Assembly: GCA_964651435.1 (NCBI GenBank)
Contig: CAZYVU010000007.1
Coordinates: 9,143-73,142, forward strand
From: an uncultured Pseudomonadota bacterium
GTDB taxonomy: Bacteria; Desulfobacterota; Syntrophorhabdia; Syntrophorhabdales; CAYQXL01
Direction: 5' to 3'
Length of the DNA: 64,000 bases
Below, in pieces: positions 17,987 to 26,718 of the stretch. Within the stretch, counting starts at the first letter, position 1. Each line of letters opens with the position of its first letter. The translations under genes were made by a program, and so were the position numbers. A model generated the notes under the pieces. The model ran no database searches. It was not told where the DNA came from and saw only the letters and a program-made list of their open reading frames with translations.

Positions 17987-19333
17987 ATGGAAGACAAGAA
18001 GGCAACAAAGGAAGAGCTTATCGAGAAGGCCAAGAAACCGGCTTACGATGCCCTCAAGATGCATCCGTACTACAAGGGCAAAATAGAAATTGTACCTAAG
18101 TGCGTTATCAGGGATTTTCGGGATTTTGCAATCTGGTACACCCCGGGTGTGGCCGAGCCCTGCAAAGAGATCAACAAGTTTCCGGAAAAGGTTTACGAAT
18201 ACACGAACAAGGCCAACATGGTCGCCATCGTGACAGATGGGACACGGGTCTTGGGCCTTGGAGACATAGGCCCCATGGCGGGGCTTCCAGTTATGGAGGG
18301 CAAGGCATTGCTCTTCAAGTACCTTGGGGGCGTGGACGCCTTCCCTATTTGCCTTGATACGAAGGATGCCGACGAAATCATCAGAACAGTCAAGATTCTG
18401 GCACCGACATTCGGCGGTGTCAACCTTGAGGATATCGAAAACCCGAAATGCTTCTATGTCCTGGAGAGGCTGCGGCAGGAGTCGCCCATTCCTGTCTGGC
18501 ATGACGACCAGCAGGGCACGGCGGCCGTGACGCTTGCCGGACTGATCAATGCCCTAAAGGTTGTGGGAAAGAAGATCAATGAGGCCAAGGTCACCATGGT
18601 GGGGATCGGCGCTGCCAACGTCTGCATCGTTCGTATGCTCATCAAAGCGGGCGTCGACCCGAAGAAAATGCTCGTTGTAGACAGCAAGGGTATTTTGAAT
18701 AGAAAACGGGACGATATCAAGCCTTCCCACAAGGAGAAACTGGAGTTTTGCGGGATAACGAACGAAGAGAACAGGGCCGGTGGCATTCCTGAAGCGCTGA
18801 GGGGCCAGGACGTTCTCATCGCCCTCTCCAAATCGGGGCCCGACGTCATCGACAAGGCATGGGTCGGAGCGATGGCCGATAGCGCCATCGTCTTCGTTTG
18901 CGCCAATCCCATACCTGAAATGTGGCCCTGGGATGCCAAGGAGGCGGGGGCCAGAGTTGTTGCAACGGGACGGAGCGACTTCCCGAATCAGGTCAATAAT
19001 TCGGTGGGCTTTCCTGCAATCTTTCGCGGTACCCTGGACGTCAGAGCCCGAACCATCACCGATGAGATGTGCATTGCCGCAGCCGTAGAGCTGGCAAGAT
19101 GTGCGGAAGACAAAGGCATCCACGAGGATTACCTCCTTCCGACCATGGACGACGTCGATGTCTTTCCCCGGGAGGCCGTGGCCGTTGCCAGGAAGGCCAT
19201 GGAGCAGGGCGTGGCGCAGCTTAAGCTGACCGAAGAAGAGCTTTTTCAAATGGCGGACAGCAAGATCAAGCGGGCCCGCGAAGAGGTCGGGCTGATGATG
19301 GAAAAGGGCATCATAGAGCCATACAGGGAGTGA
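17987..19333 (+). CDS. NAD(P)-dependent malic enzyme
   Basis: The ORF track starts at TTG 17882. The ATG at 17987 (MEDKKATKEEL) follows AGGAGGGG. Blocks VAIVTDGTRVLGLGDIG, FGGVNLEDI and VMVGIGAAN match the short bacterial malic enzyme. Confidence 0.9.
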   Translation: MEDKKATKEELIEKAKKPAYDALKMHPYYKGKIEIVPKCVIRDFRDFAIWYTPGVAEPCKEINKFPEKVYEYTNKANMVAIVTDGTRVLGLGDIGPMAGLPVMEGKALLFKYLGGVDAFPICLDTKDADEIIRTVKILAPTFGGVNLEDIENPKCFYVLERLRQESPIPVWHDDQQGTAAVTLAGLINALKVVGKKINEAKVTMVGIGAANVCIVRMLIKAGVDPKKMLVVDSKGILNRKRDDIKPSHKEKLEFCGITNEENRAGGIPEALRGQDVLIALSKSGPDVIDKAWVGAMADSAIVFVCANPIPEMWPWDAKEAGARVVATGRSDFPNQVNNSVGFPAIFRGTLDVRARTITDEMCIAAAVELARCAEDKGIHEDYLLPTMDDVDVFPREAVAVARKAMEQGVAQLKLTEEELFQMADSKIKRAREEVGLMMEKGIIEPYRE

Positions 19334-20176
19334 GTGATGAGGGAAGTTCATGCTGATGACGTGATCGCAGCCGTGGAGAGGCTCTTCATTGAAGCCAATC
19401 TCTATCTGTCCGAAGACGTGCTGAAGGCCCTCAACGATGCCGTAGAGCGCGAGAAATCGACCGTTGGTAAAGAGGTTATCAGGGAGCTGATCCTCAACGC
19501 CGAAACGGCGCGGAGAGAGCAGATACCCATATGTCAGGATACGGGTCTTGCCGTCACCTTCGCTGAGGTGGGGCAGGATGTTCATGTTGTGGGAGGTGCT
19601 TTCTTAGACGCTATATCGGAAGGCGTGCGCAGGGCCTACAAGAAGGGCTATCTTCGCAAATCCTGCTGCGACCCATTCAGCCGAAAAAATACAGGCGATA
19701 ACACTCCGCCCATAGTGCACACCTCCATCGTACCGGGAGATAGGATACGCATAGTGGCCTTGCCCAAGGGTGGCGGAAGTGAGAATTACGGTGAGCTTCG
19801 AATGCTCGTTCCTTCGGCAGGCCGGGAGGGGGTTAAGGCTTTCATACTGGAGATGGTGGAGAAAGGGGGACCCAACCCGTGCCCCCCTATTATCGTGGGT
19901 GTGGGAATCGGAGGAAATTTTGAGGCGGCGGCGCTCCTCTCAAAAGAGGCGCTCATGGTGCCCCCTGGGAGGCGGAATCCCGATGCGGACGTTGCCGGAT
20001 TGGAGGTTGAACTGCTCGACCTTATCAACAAAACGGGTATCGGGCCTCAGGGATACGGCGGTACGGTAACGGCACTGGATGTTCACGTGAAGGTCATGCC
20101 ATGCCACATCGCCTCGCTGCCCGTGGCCGTCAACATTCAGTGCCACGCACACCGGCTCAAAGAGGTTCTTATCTGA
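19334..20176 (+). CDS. Fe-S class I fumarate hydratase / tartrate dehydratase, alpha subunit
   Basis: 280-aa ORF with QDTGLAV and the Cys ligand pattern of the Fe-S hydro-lyase alpha domain, followed by the beta subunit. Confidence 0.85.
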   Translation: MMREVHADDVIAAVERLFIEANLYLSEDVLKALNDAVEREKSTVGKEVIRELILNAETARREQIPICQDTGLAVTFAEVGQDVHVVGGAFLDAISEGVRRAYKKGYLRKSCCDPFSRKNTGDNTPPIVHTSIVPGDRIRIVALPKGGGSENYGELRMLVPSAGREGVKAFILEMVEKGGPNPCPPIIVGVGIGGNFEAAALLSKEALMVPPGRRNPDADVAGLEVELLDLINKTGIGPQGYGGTVTALDVHVKVMPCHIASLPVAVNIQCHAHRLKEVLI

Positions 20177-20232
20177 TGGAGATCCGAGGCTGTAATATAC
20201 ACGCGATCGTTTCGCTTACGGTGGGGTAAAAT

Positions 20233-20787
20233 ATGGAGATCAGACGGATCGAGACACCCTTGGAGGAAGACGTTGTCCAGCGGCTCGAAGCCGGACAGAA
20301 AGTCTTTCTTTCCGGCTTTATCTATACGGCCCGCGATGCGGCGCACAAACGGTTTTTCGATGCACTGAGCAAGGGGCAGTCTCTTCCCATGGACATACGG
20401 AATCAGGTGATCTATTATTGCGGGCCATCGCCCGCACCGCCCGGCAGGGTCATAGGTGCCTGCGGCCCCACAACGAGCTCCCGCATGGATGCTTATGCCC
20501 CAGAGCTGATCGCGTTAGGCCTTAAAGGAATGATAGGCAAGGGCAAGCGATCCCAATCAGTCAGGGATGCTCTGGCACTCCACAAGGCCGTCTATTTCGG
20601 CGCCACAGGCGGGGCGGGAGCGCTTCTTTCCAAGTGTGTCGTCTCGTCGGAGGTTATAGCCTATGAAGATCTGGGCCCCGAGGCGGTTGTGAAGCTCGGG
20701 GTGAGGGATTTCCCTCTTTTCGTTATCAATGATGTCTTCGGCCGAGACCTCTACCAGGCGGGCCTGCAGGAATACAGGAGATTATGA
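20233..20787 (+). CDS. Fe-S class I fumarate hydratase / tartrate dehydratase, beta subunit
   Basis: 184-aa ORF with GFIYTARDAAHKR and IGKG blocks typical of the beta (C-terminal) domain. Confidence 0.85.
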   Translation: MEIRRIETPLEEDVVQRLEAGQKVFLSGFIYTARDAAHKRFFDALSKGQSLPMDIRNQVIYYCGPSPAPPGRVIGACGPTTSSRMDAYAPELIALGLKGMIGKGKRSQSVRDALALHKAVYFGATGGAGALLSKCVVSSEVIAYEDLGPEAVVKLGVRDFPLFVINDVFGRDLYQAGLQEYRRL

Positions 20788-20794
20788 CCCCCGG

Positions 20795-20844
20795 TCCTGC
20801 GCACGGTATCAGGCAAGATGTTCCGCGCCTCCTGCGCACGGTAT
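20795..20844. repeat. 15-nt direct repeat TCCTGCGCACGGTAT x2
   Basis: Exact copies at 20795-20809 and 20830-20844, in the intergenic region upstream of the inositol-3-phosphate synthase gene. Confidence 0.7.
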
Positions 20845-20903
20845 ATCTTTTGACTTTTTAGGATAATTATTTTAAAAAAGGGAAAACCTTTATCGAAGAG
20901 ACT

Positions 20904-21995
20904 ATGAAAGAAATTCGCCTTGCCATAGTAGGTGTAGGAAATTGTGCGAGCTCGCTTGTCCAAGGTTTGCAGTATTATTCGACGCCAAGGGCCGATAGTA
21001 TAGGCCTCATGCACCATGAACTTGGCGGGTATGTTCCGGGAGATATCAAGGTGGTGGCGGCCTTCGACGTCGACGCGCGAAAAGTGGGAAAGCCGCTCAA
21101 TGAGGCGGTCTTTGCACCCCCGAACTGCACGAAGGGCATAGCCCGAGACCTTCCGCCATCCAGCGTGGAGGTCAAGATGGGGCCGGTATTTGACGGCGTG
21201 TCACCCCATATGAGCAATTACCCCAGCGAGCAAACCTTTGTCCTTTCCGACAGGAATCCTGACGACGTCGCTGCCGTTCTTAAGAAAGAGGGCGTCGAGA
21301 TATTACTGAACTATCTCCCCGTCGGCTCCGAACAAGCGACGCGGTTCTATGCCCAGGTGTGCATGGCCGCGGGCGTAAGCCTGATAAACTGCATCCCTGT
21401 CTTTATTGCCTCGGACGCCCACTGGGCCGGGGAGTTCCGGGAGAAGGGGATTCCGATTATAGGCGACGACGTTAAGTCTCAGATAGGCGCCACGATCATC
21501 CACCGCACCCTCGCCAAGTTGTTCAGCGACAGGGGGGTCACAATAGACCGGACATACCAGCTCAACACGGGCGGAAACACGGACTTTCTCAACATGCTGA
21601 ACCGCGACCGGTTGGTCTCAAAAAAGGTCTCAAAGACCGAGGCCGTCCAGTCCCTTCTCGAAGCACCGCTCAGGTCCGACAATATACACATCGGGCCTTC
21701 CGATTACGTACCCTGGCAAAAAGACAACAAAATCTGCTTCATGAGGCTGGAAGGAAGAATCTTCGGCGACATACCCATCGACATAGAGATCAGGCTCTCC
21801 GTAGAAGATTCCCCCAACAGCGCCGGCTGTATCATCGACGCCATCCGTTGCTGCAAGCTTGCCAGAGAAAGGAAGGTTGCAGGCGTCCTCGAGTCGATTT
21901 CGGCATACACGATGAAGCACCCTCTCAAACAGTACCCCGATGATGTAGCGAGGACGATGGTAGAGGAGTTCATTCGGGGAGCGAGAGAACGATAG
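20904..21995 (+). CDS. inositol-3-phosphate synthase (myo-inositol-1-phosphate synthase)
   Basis: 363-aa ORF with N-terminus IRLAIVGVGNCASSLVQGLQYY plus the GDDVKSQIGAT and NTGGNTDF blocks of short bacterial/archaeal MIPS. Confidence 0.9.
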   Translation: MKEIRLAIVGVGNCASSLVQGLQYYSTPRADSIGLMHHELGGYVPGDIKVVAAFDVDARKVGKPLNEAVFAPPNCTKGIARDLPPSSVEVKMGPVFDGVSPHMSNYPSEQTFVLSDRNPDDVAAVLKKEGVEILLNYLPVGSEQATRFYAQVCMAAGVSLINCIPVFIASDAHWAGEFREKGIPIIGDDVKSQIGATIIHRTLAKLFSDRGVTIDRTYQLNTGGNTDFLNMLNRDRLVSKKVSKTEAVQSLLEAPLRSDNIHIGPSDYVPWQKDNKICFMRLEGRIFGDIPIDIEIRLSVEDSPNSAGCIIDAIRCCKLARERKVAGVLESISAYTMKHPLKQYPDDVARTMVEEFIRGARER

Positions 21996-22004
21996 GTCAG
22001 ACCC

Positions 22005-22646
22005 TTGATCAGTTCTAAGGCTGGTCACAGACTCGATCCCCTTCTTAACAGGATTTACGGTAGTGTTTTCGGCGCCAAAACCGTCGATCCCAATATTTTC
22101 ACGATCATTGGCCTTATCTTTGCCGTTGGCTCGGCCGTTCTTCTCGCCGGCGGCCTGTTCCTTTGGTCCGGGATACTTCTATTTCTTTCCGGTTTTTTTG
22201 ACCTTATGGACGGCGCTCTGGCCCGGTCGCGAAGCCGCGTGACACGTTTCGGAGGATTTCTTGACTCTGTTATCGACCGCTATAGCGACCTTGGGCTGAT
22301 GGTGGGCCTTGCCGTTTATTTTCTCAGAAACGGGGATTGGTTTTATCTGGTGGTGAGCCTTATAGCATTGGTCGGAACGGCCATCATTCCGTATGCCAAG
22401 GCTCGGGCAGAGGCAGCGTCGATCGACTGCAACGTCGGTTTGCTCGAAAGGTCAGAGCGCACGATTATTCTCCTTATCGGCATATTGTTTAATGTGCTAC
22501 GACCGGCCGTTATCATTCTGGCCTGCCTCACCCATTTGACCGTCATCCAGAGAATACTTTTTGTGAGAAAGAAGCTGTCACAAGATCCACTTGGTGAGGC
22601 ACCGGCCCTAAAGCATCCCCCGGTGGGTCAGGACAAAAGGTTGTAG
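22005..22646 (+). CDS. CDP-alcohol phosphatidyltransferase family protein (phosphatidylinositol-phosphate-synthase-like)
   Basis: 213-aa membrane ORF with the signature DLMDGALAR...GGFLDSVIDRYSD (DGx2ARx8Gx3Dx3D). It lies 9 nt after MIPS and has a TTG start. Confidence 0.8.
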   Translation: MISSKAGHRLDPLLNRIYGSVFGAKTVDPNIFTIIGLIFAVGSAVLLAGGLFLWSGILLFLSGFFDLMDGALARSRSRVTRFGGFLDSVIDRYSDLGLMVGLAVYFLRNGDWFYLVVSLIALVGTAIIPYAKARAEAASIDCNVGLLERSERTIILLIGILFNVLRPAVIILACLTHLTVIQRILFVRKKLSQDPLGEAPALKHPPVGQDKRL

Positions 22647-23719
22647 ATCTCTTCCTTAAGGATGTCCTTGGCTATCTCCTTCGGAATCCCGTTGCGCGTT
22701 ATCTTGCCGTTGGAGAAGAGGGCCGCCTTGTCGCTGCCGAAGGCAAGACCGATGTGGGCCTCCTTTGCCTCTCCGGGCCCATTGACCTCGCACCCCATAA
22801 TGGCCACATCAAGGTGGCTGTCGATATCGGCTATCTCCTTCTCGAAGGCCTTAACGATGTCTGCAAGGTTGGTCTTGCACCGCCCACAGGTGGGGCACGA
22901 TATGATGTTGATCCCGCGCTTGCGGAGCCCAAGGTCCCGAAGAATATGGTAGGCCGCGATGACTTCGTATGCAGGATCACCCGTCAGGGAAACCCGGATA
23001 GTGTCGCCGATACCCTCGTACAGCAAGATGCCCAGACCGATGGCTGACTTTATGGCACCGGAGAAAATGGGCCCCGCCTCGGTAATACCGATGTGCTGCG
23101 GGTAGTCCGAGGCCTTCGAAAACTTCCGGCAGGCCTCGATTGTCTGAAAAACCCCCGAGGCCTTGAGGGAGACCTTCAGCTCCGTCCATCCCGCATCCTC
23201 AAAAAGCTTCGTATAATACAACGCGCTTTCGACCATGGCATCGGCGTTTGCTTTTCCGTACTTCTTGAGTATCCGTTTTTCCACGGAACCCACATTGATC
23301 CCGATCCGTATGGGCGTCTTTGTCTGGAGCGCGACGTGCGCGATCTCCCTGACCTTTCGTACGTTGTTGATGGTGCCCGGATTGATGCGCAGGCCATCGA
23401 TGCCCAACTCCATGGCCTTCAGGGCAATCTTGTAGTTGAAGTGGACGTCGCCGATGAGGGGGACGCCCCCCTCCCTCTTTAGGAACGGTATAAGCCTGCA
23501 CGTGTCTTCCTGGGGAAGGGCCATACGGACGATCTCGCACCCGACCCTCTTCAGGTCCCTGATCTGGTCCAGCGTCTCGCTCAGGTTCTCCGGGTTGGTC
23601 TTGAGCATCGACTGGACGGCGATGGGGCTATCGCCCCCTACGGGCACGTGGCCGACCTTGATCCTTCTCGTCTTTTTCCGTTCCATCTGTATTTTGCGGT
23701 GATGAGCTCTTTTATACAT
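22628..23719 (-). CDS. ispG: 4-hydroxy-3-methylbut-2-en-1-yl diphosphate synthase
   Basis: 363-aa ORF with VGGDSPIAVQSM, RINPGN and CPTCGRC blocks. The start may be the internal MERKK (23686). Confidence 0.95.
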   Translation of the reverse strand: MYKRAHHRKIQMERKKTRRIKVGHVPVGGDSPIAVQSMLKTNPENLSETLDQIRDLKRVGCEIVRMALPQEDTCRLIPFLKREGGVPLIGDVHFNYKIALKAMELGIDGLRINPGTINNVRKVREIAHVALQTKTPIRIGINVGSVEKRILKKYGKANADAMVESALYYTKLFEDAGWTELKVSLKASGVFQTIEACRKFSKASDYPQHIGITEAGPIFSGAIKSAIGLGILLYEGIGDTIRVSLTGDPAYEVIAAYHILRDLGLRKRGINIISCPTCGRCKTNLADIVKAFEKEIADIDSHLDVAIMGCEVNGPGEAKEAHIGLAFGSDKAALFSNGKITRNGIPKEIAKDILKEEIYNLLS

Positions 23720-23896
23720 CTCCGCCGTAGGCTTGTCAATGCAAGAATGGGCGACCGCCTCAGGTTTTTCGAAGTCCGCTCCAGGGGTATTTACCTATTG
23801 CGGGTGGGCGAAAGGCCGGGGTATATAGACTGCAGAATGGCAAGTCAGGCCGATCCGTCTAATGGGTTGATATTCCTTGTTTGTTAAAACTTTCAC

Positions 23897-23923
23897 TTGA
23901 CTATCACCTGTGAGTAATATAAT
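23897..23923 (+). promoter_or_regulatory. candidate sigma70 promoter for the decarboxylase gamma/beta genes
   Basis: TTGACT (23897-23902), a short 15-nt spacer, TATAAT (23918-23923). Confidence 0.35.
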
Positions 23924-23997
23924 GTCTTCACGAACCAAGGGGTTTCGAGCTAACGCCGCACTATGATTCAACATTTTAAATCTTAGGAGGTAGGGTT

Positions 23998-24135
23998 ATG
24001 GACAAGTGGACCTTCGGTCTCACTATGCTCGTTGTCGGCATGGGTGGAACCTTGCTGACCCTCATCATTCTTAGTCTTATCATGGGCTTACTAAAGAAGT
24101 TGTTCCCTTACAAAAAGGAACAAGAGGAAAATTAG
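23998..24135 (+). CDS. OadG-like gamma subunit of a Na+-translocating decarboxylase (45 aa, absent from the ORF track)
   Basis: My own translation is MDKWTFGLTMLVVGMGGTLLTLIILSLIMGLLKKLFPYKKEQEEN. It has a single TM helix with the GMG motif, AGGAGG 7 nt upstream, and ends 9 nt before the beta subunit. Confidence 0.7.
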   Translation: MDKWTFGLTMLVVGMGGTLLTLIILSLIMGLLKKLFPYKKEQEEN

Positions 24136-24144
24136 GAGGACGGC

Positions 24145-25284
24145 ATGGGAGAGGCGATTTTATCTGGACTTGGTGGACTAACGGCCGGATTTGTGAACCT
24201 TCATTGGTCGCATCTGGTTATGATCGGCATCGGATGTCTCCTTCTGTACCTCGGTATCAAGAAGGACTGTGAGCCTTTACTTCTTGTGCCGATAGGATTC
24301 GGCTGTATCCTCGTTAACATACCGCTCGCCGGCCTCATGGAGCCACACGGCTTCTTGCGGACCATCTACGACGCCGGCGTCATCACGGAACTTTTTCCAT
24401 TGTTCATATTTGTGGGCATAGGGGCCATGACCGATTTCGGACCGGTGTTGGAGAACCCGTACACCTTTCTTCTCGGGGCCGCCGGCCAGTTCGGCATATT
24501 CCTCACCCTTCTTCTCGCTTTGGCGCTGGGCTTTCCCTACAAGGACGCCGTAACCATCGGTATCATCGGCGCCTGCGACGGCCCTACGGTCATCTATGTG
24601 GCGTCCCAGTACGCCCAGCACCTTCTTGGCCCCGTTACCGTTGCGGCCTATTCATATATGGCCCTGGTACCGGTGCTCCAGCCCCCCATCATGAAGATGA
24701 TGACGAGCAAGAAGGAGCGCGAGACCGTCATGAAGACACATGCCAAGACAGTGTCAAAGACAACGAGAATGATGTTCCCCATCGTCATCACCGTTGTTGG
24801 TGGCCTTATCGCCCCCATGGGCCTTCCGCTCCTTGCAACGATCATGTTGGGTAACCTCATGAAGGAGTCGGGAGTCGTCGGCAGATTGGTCAAGGCTGCA
24901 GAGAACGAAATTGCCAATATCGTAACCCTGCTTCTCGGGATTGCAATCGGCGGGACGATGAGTGGCCCCGTCTTCGTGCAGCCCAGGACGCTCATTATCC
25001 TTGCTCTCGGCCTGCTCGCAATCTGTCTTGATACGGTGTGCGGCATGCTGTTCGGCAAACTCCTCTATGTGCTGACAAGGGGAAAGGTCAATCCCCTTAT
25101 CGGCGCCGCGGGCATCTCGGCATTTCCAATGGCGGCCAGAGTTGTGCAGAAAGAGGGCCAGAAGTACAACAAGAGAAGCTTTCTGCTCATGCATGCCATG
25201 GGCGCTAACGCAGGCGGTCAGGTAGGATCGGTTATGGCTGCCGCGGTCATGCTGTCCGTGCTGAAGGGCATGGGCGTTATTTAA
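24145..25284 (+). CDS. Na+-translocating decarboxylase beta subunit (OadB/GcdB/MmdB family)
   Basis: 379-aa polytopic ORF with blocks LLLVPIGFGCILVN, IGACDGPT and GAAGISAFPMAARV typical of the family. Confidence 0.9.
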   Translation: MGEAILSGLGGLTAGFVNLHWSHLVMIGIGCLLLYLGIKKDCEPLLLVPIGFGCILVNIPLAGLMEPHGFLRTIYDAGVITELFPLFIFVGIGAMTDFGPVLENPYTFLLGAAGQFGIFLTLLLALALGFPYKDAVTIGIIGACDGPTVIYVASQYAQHLLGPVTVAAYSYMALVPVLQPPIMKMMTSKKERETVMKTHAKTVSKTTRMMFPIVITVVGGLIAPMGLPLLATIMLGNLMKESGVVGRLVKAAENEIANIVTLLLGIAIGGTMSGPVFVQPRTLIILALGLLAICLDTVCGMLFGKLLYVLTRGKVNPLIGAAGISAFPMAARVVQKEGQKYNKRSFLLMHAMGANAGGQVGSVMAAAVMLSVLKGMGVI

Positions 25285-25298
25285 GCAACGGACATGAG

Positions 25299-25328
25299 CG
25301 GGGGCGGGAGGAGCCGCCCCCGTTTTTT
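25299..25328 (+). terminator. rho-independent terminator after the decarboxylase beta gene
   Basis: Perfect 9-bp stem CGGGGGCGG / CCGCCCCCG with loop GAGGAG, followed by TTTTTT. Confidence 0.8.
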
Positions 25329-25365
25329 GTAGCAGGTCTAATTCAGAGCAAGGGGGAAGTTACTT

Positions 25366-26700
25366 ATGGAGTTTACACAGTACCTGGCAAGCGCCATCTT
25401 TCTCGCCAGCATCATCCTCGTCATCACGGGCTGGATCGACAGTGTGCTGGCGGCCCTCCTGGGCATCCTGGGCATGATCTTTATCGGCGTCATGACCGAT
25501 GTGGATGCATTCAAGATTGTCGACTGGAACGTCATAGTCATCCTGCTCAGCATATGGATTATCTCGGGGTATTTCGGGAAATCAGGGGTGCCCGATTTTT
25601 TATCGGCCCTTCTGCTCCGAATGTCGAAGGGCAACGTGGCCCTTTTTGTCACGTCTCTCGGCATGCTGGCAGGGTTTGTCTCTATGCTTATCGACAACGT
25701 TGTTGTGGTCCTCATGTTCGCCCCCGTTGTCTTCCATGCCTGCAGGCGGTTCAAGTTTCCTGCATTCGCGCCTGTGCTCTTCGTCGGCCTCTGCTCCAAC
25801 TTCATGGGTACGGCCATGCTCCTGGGCGACCTGCCGCCCCAGATGCTGCACAGCGTATCTGGAATTGAGTTTATGGGCTTTATCTGGCAGTTTGGAAGAC
25901 CGTCCTCGTTCTTCATTCTTTGCTTCTCCTACTTTGTGACCTGTGCTGTCTTTTATTGGCTTTTTTCTCGGCAATACAGAGGAATCAGGATGGATGTGGC
26001 CTCCATGGCCGGCGAAAAGGCGCTGGATCACATTAAGGACAAGCCCTTTGCCATTACCGTCTGCACCGTCTTCGTCCTCACGATCCTGGCCATGGCCTTC
26101 AGACCCATATTCGGCTATCATCTCGGCTTTATCGCCATGTGGGGCGCCATTTGCATCATACTGATTTTCGAGTTTTTCAAGAGCAAGTTTACCATCGAGA
26201 TTCCCGACCTCGAGCACGTGCTCGCAGAACTGGACTGGCGGGCTATATTTTTCTATGTTTCCCTTTTTGCACTTGTAGGCGGTCTCGAGCACGCCGGCGT
26301 CATCAAGGTTGTGACAAACATGATTACGCCGGTAATCCAGAAGAGCCTTGTTGTCGGTGCAACGGCCCTCTACTGGATCACGGCACCTATCGTGGGTATC
26401 GTGGAGCATGATGCCTATATCCTGACCCTCCTCTATGTCATCCGGGACCTCGGCAATACACAGGGCATCAACCCCTGGCCGCTGTACTGGATGCTTATGT
26501 GGGCCGGCACCCTGGGCAGCAACCTGACCATCGCAGGCGCTCCGGCGCTTTTTGTGGCCAAGAGTTTGGGCGAGAAGGAAGACCAGCGGGCGGTAAGCTT
26601 AAAGGAGTTTCTTGGCATAACTGCGCCCTATGTGGTTGTATCATTGATTGCCTGCTATATACCGGCTATGTTCGTATGGGTAATTCCTTTTGCAAAATAG
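25366..26700 (+). CDS. ArsB/NhaD-superfamily (citrate-transporter-like) anion permease
   Basis: 444-aa polytopic ORF whose overall pattern matches the CitMHS/ArsB-type permease fold. The substrate is unknown. Confidence 0.7.
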   Translation: MEFTQYLASAIFLASIILVITGWIDSVLAALLGILGMIFIGVMTDVDAFKIVDWNVIVILLSIWIISGYFGKSGVPDFLSALLLRMSKGNVALFVTSLGMLAGFVSMLIDNVVVVLMFAPVVFHACRRFKFPAFAPVLFVGLCSNFMGTAMLLGDLPPQMLHSVSGIEFMGFIWQFGRPSSFFILCFSYFVTCAVFYWLFSRQYRGIRMDVASMAGEKALDHIKDKPFAITVCTVFVLTILAMAFRPIFGYHLGFIAMWGAICIILIFEFFKSKFTIEIPDLEHVLAELDWRAIFFYVSLFALVGGLEHAGVIKVVTNMITPVIQKSLVVGATALYWITAPIVGIVEHDAYILTLLYVIRDLGNTQGINPWPLYWMLMWAGTLGSNLTIAGAPALFVAKSLGEKEDQRAVSLKEFLGITAPYVVVSLIACYIPAMFVWVIPFAK

Positions 26701-26718
26701 AGAAGTAGGGGAGGGGCC

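Noticed and set aside
23720-23997. The 278-nt divergent intergenic region between ispG and the decarboxylase genes, examined for a riboswitch or small RNA. It contains the 79-aa ORF 23648..23887.
   Set aside because: I recognised no conserved RNA motif. The ORF overlaps the ispG start and has no RBS. Only a candidate promoter was retained.
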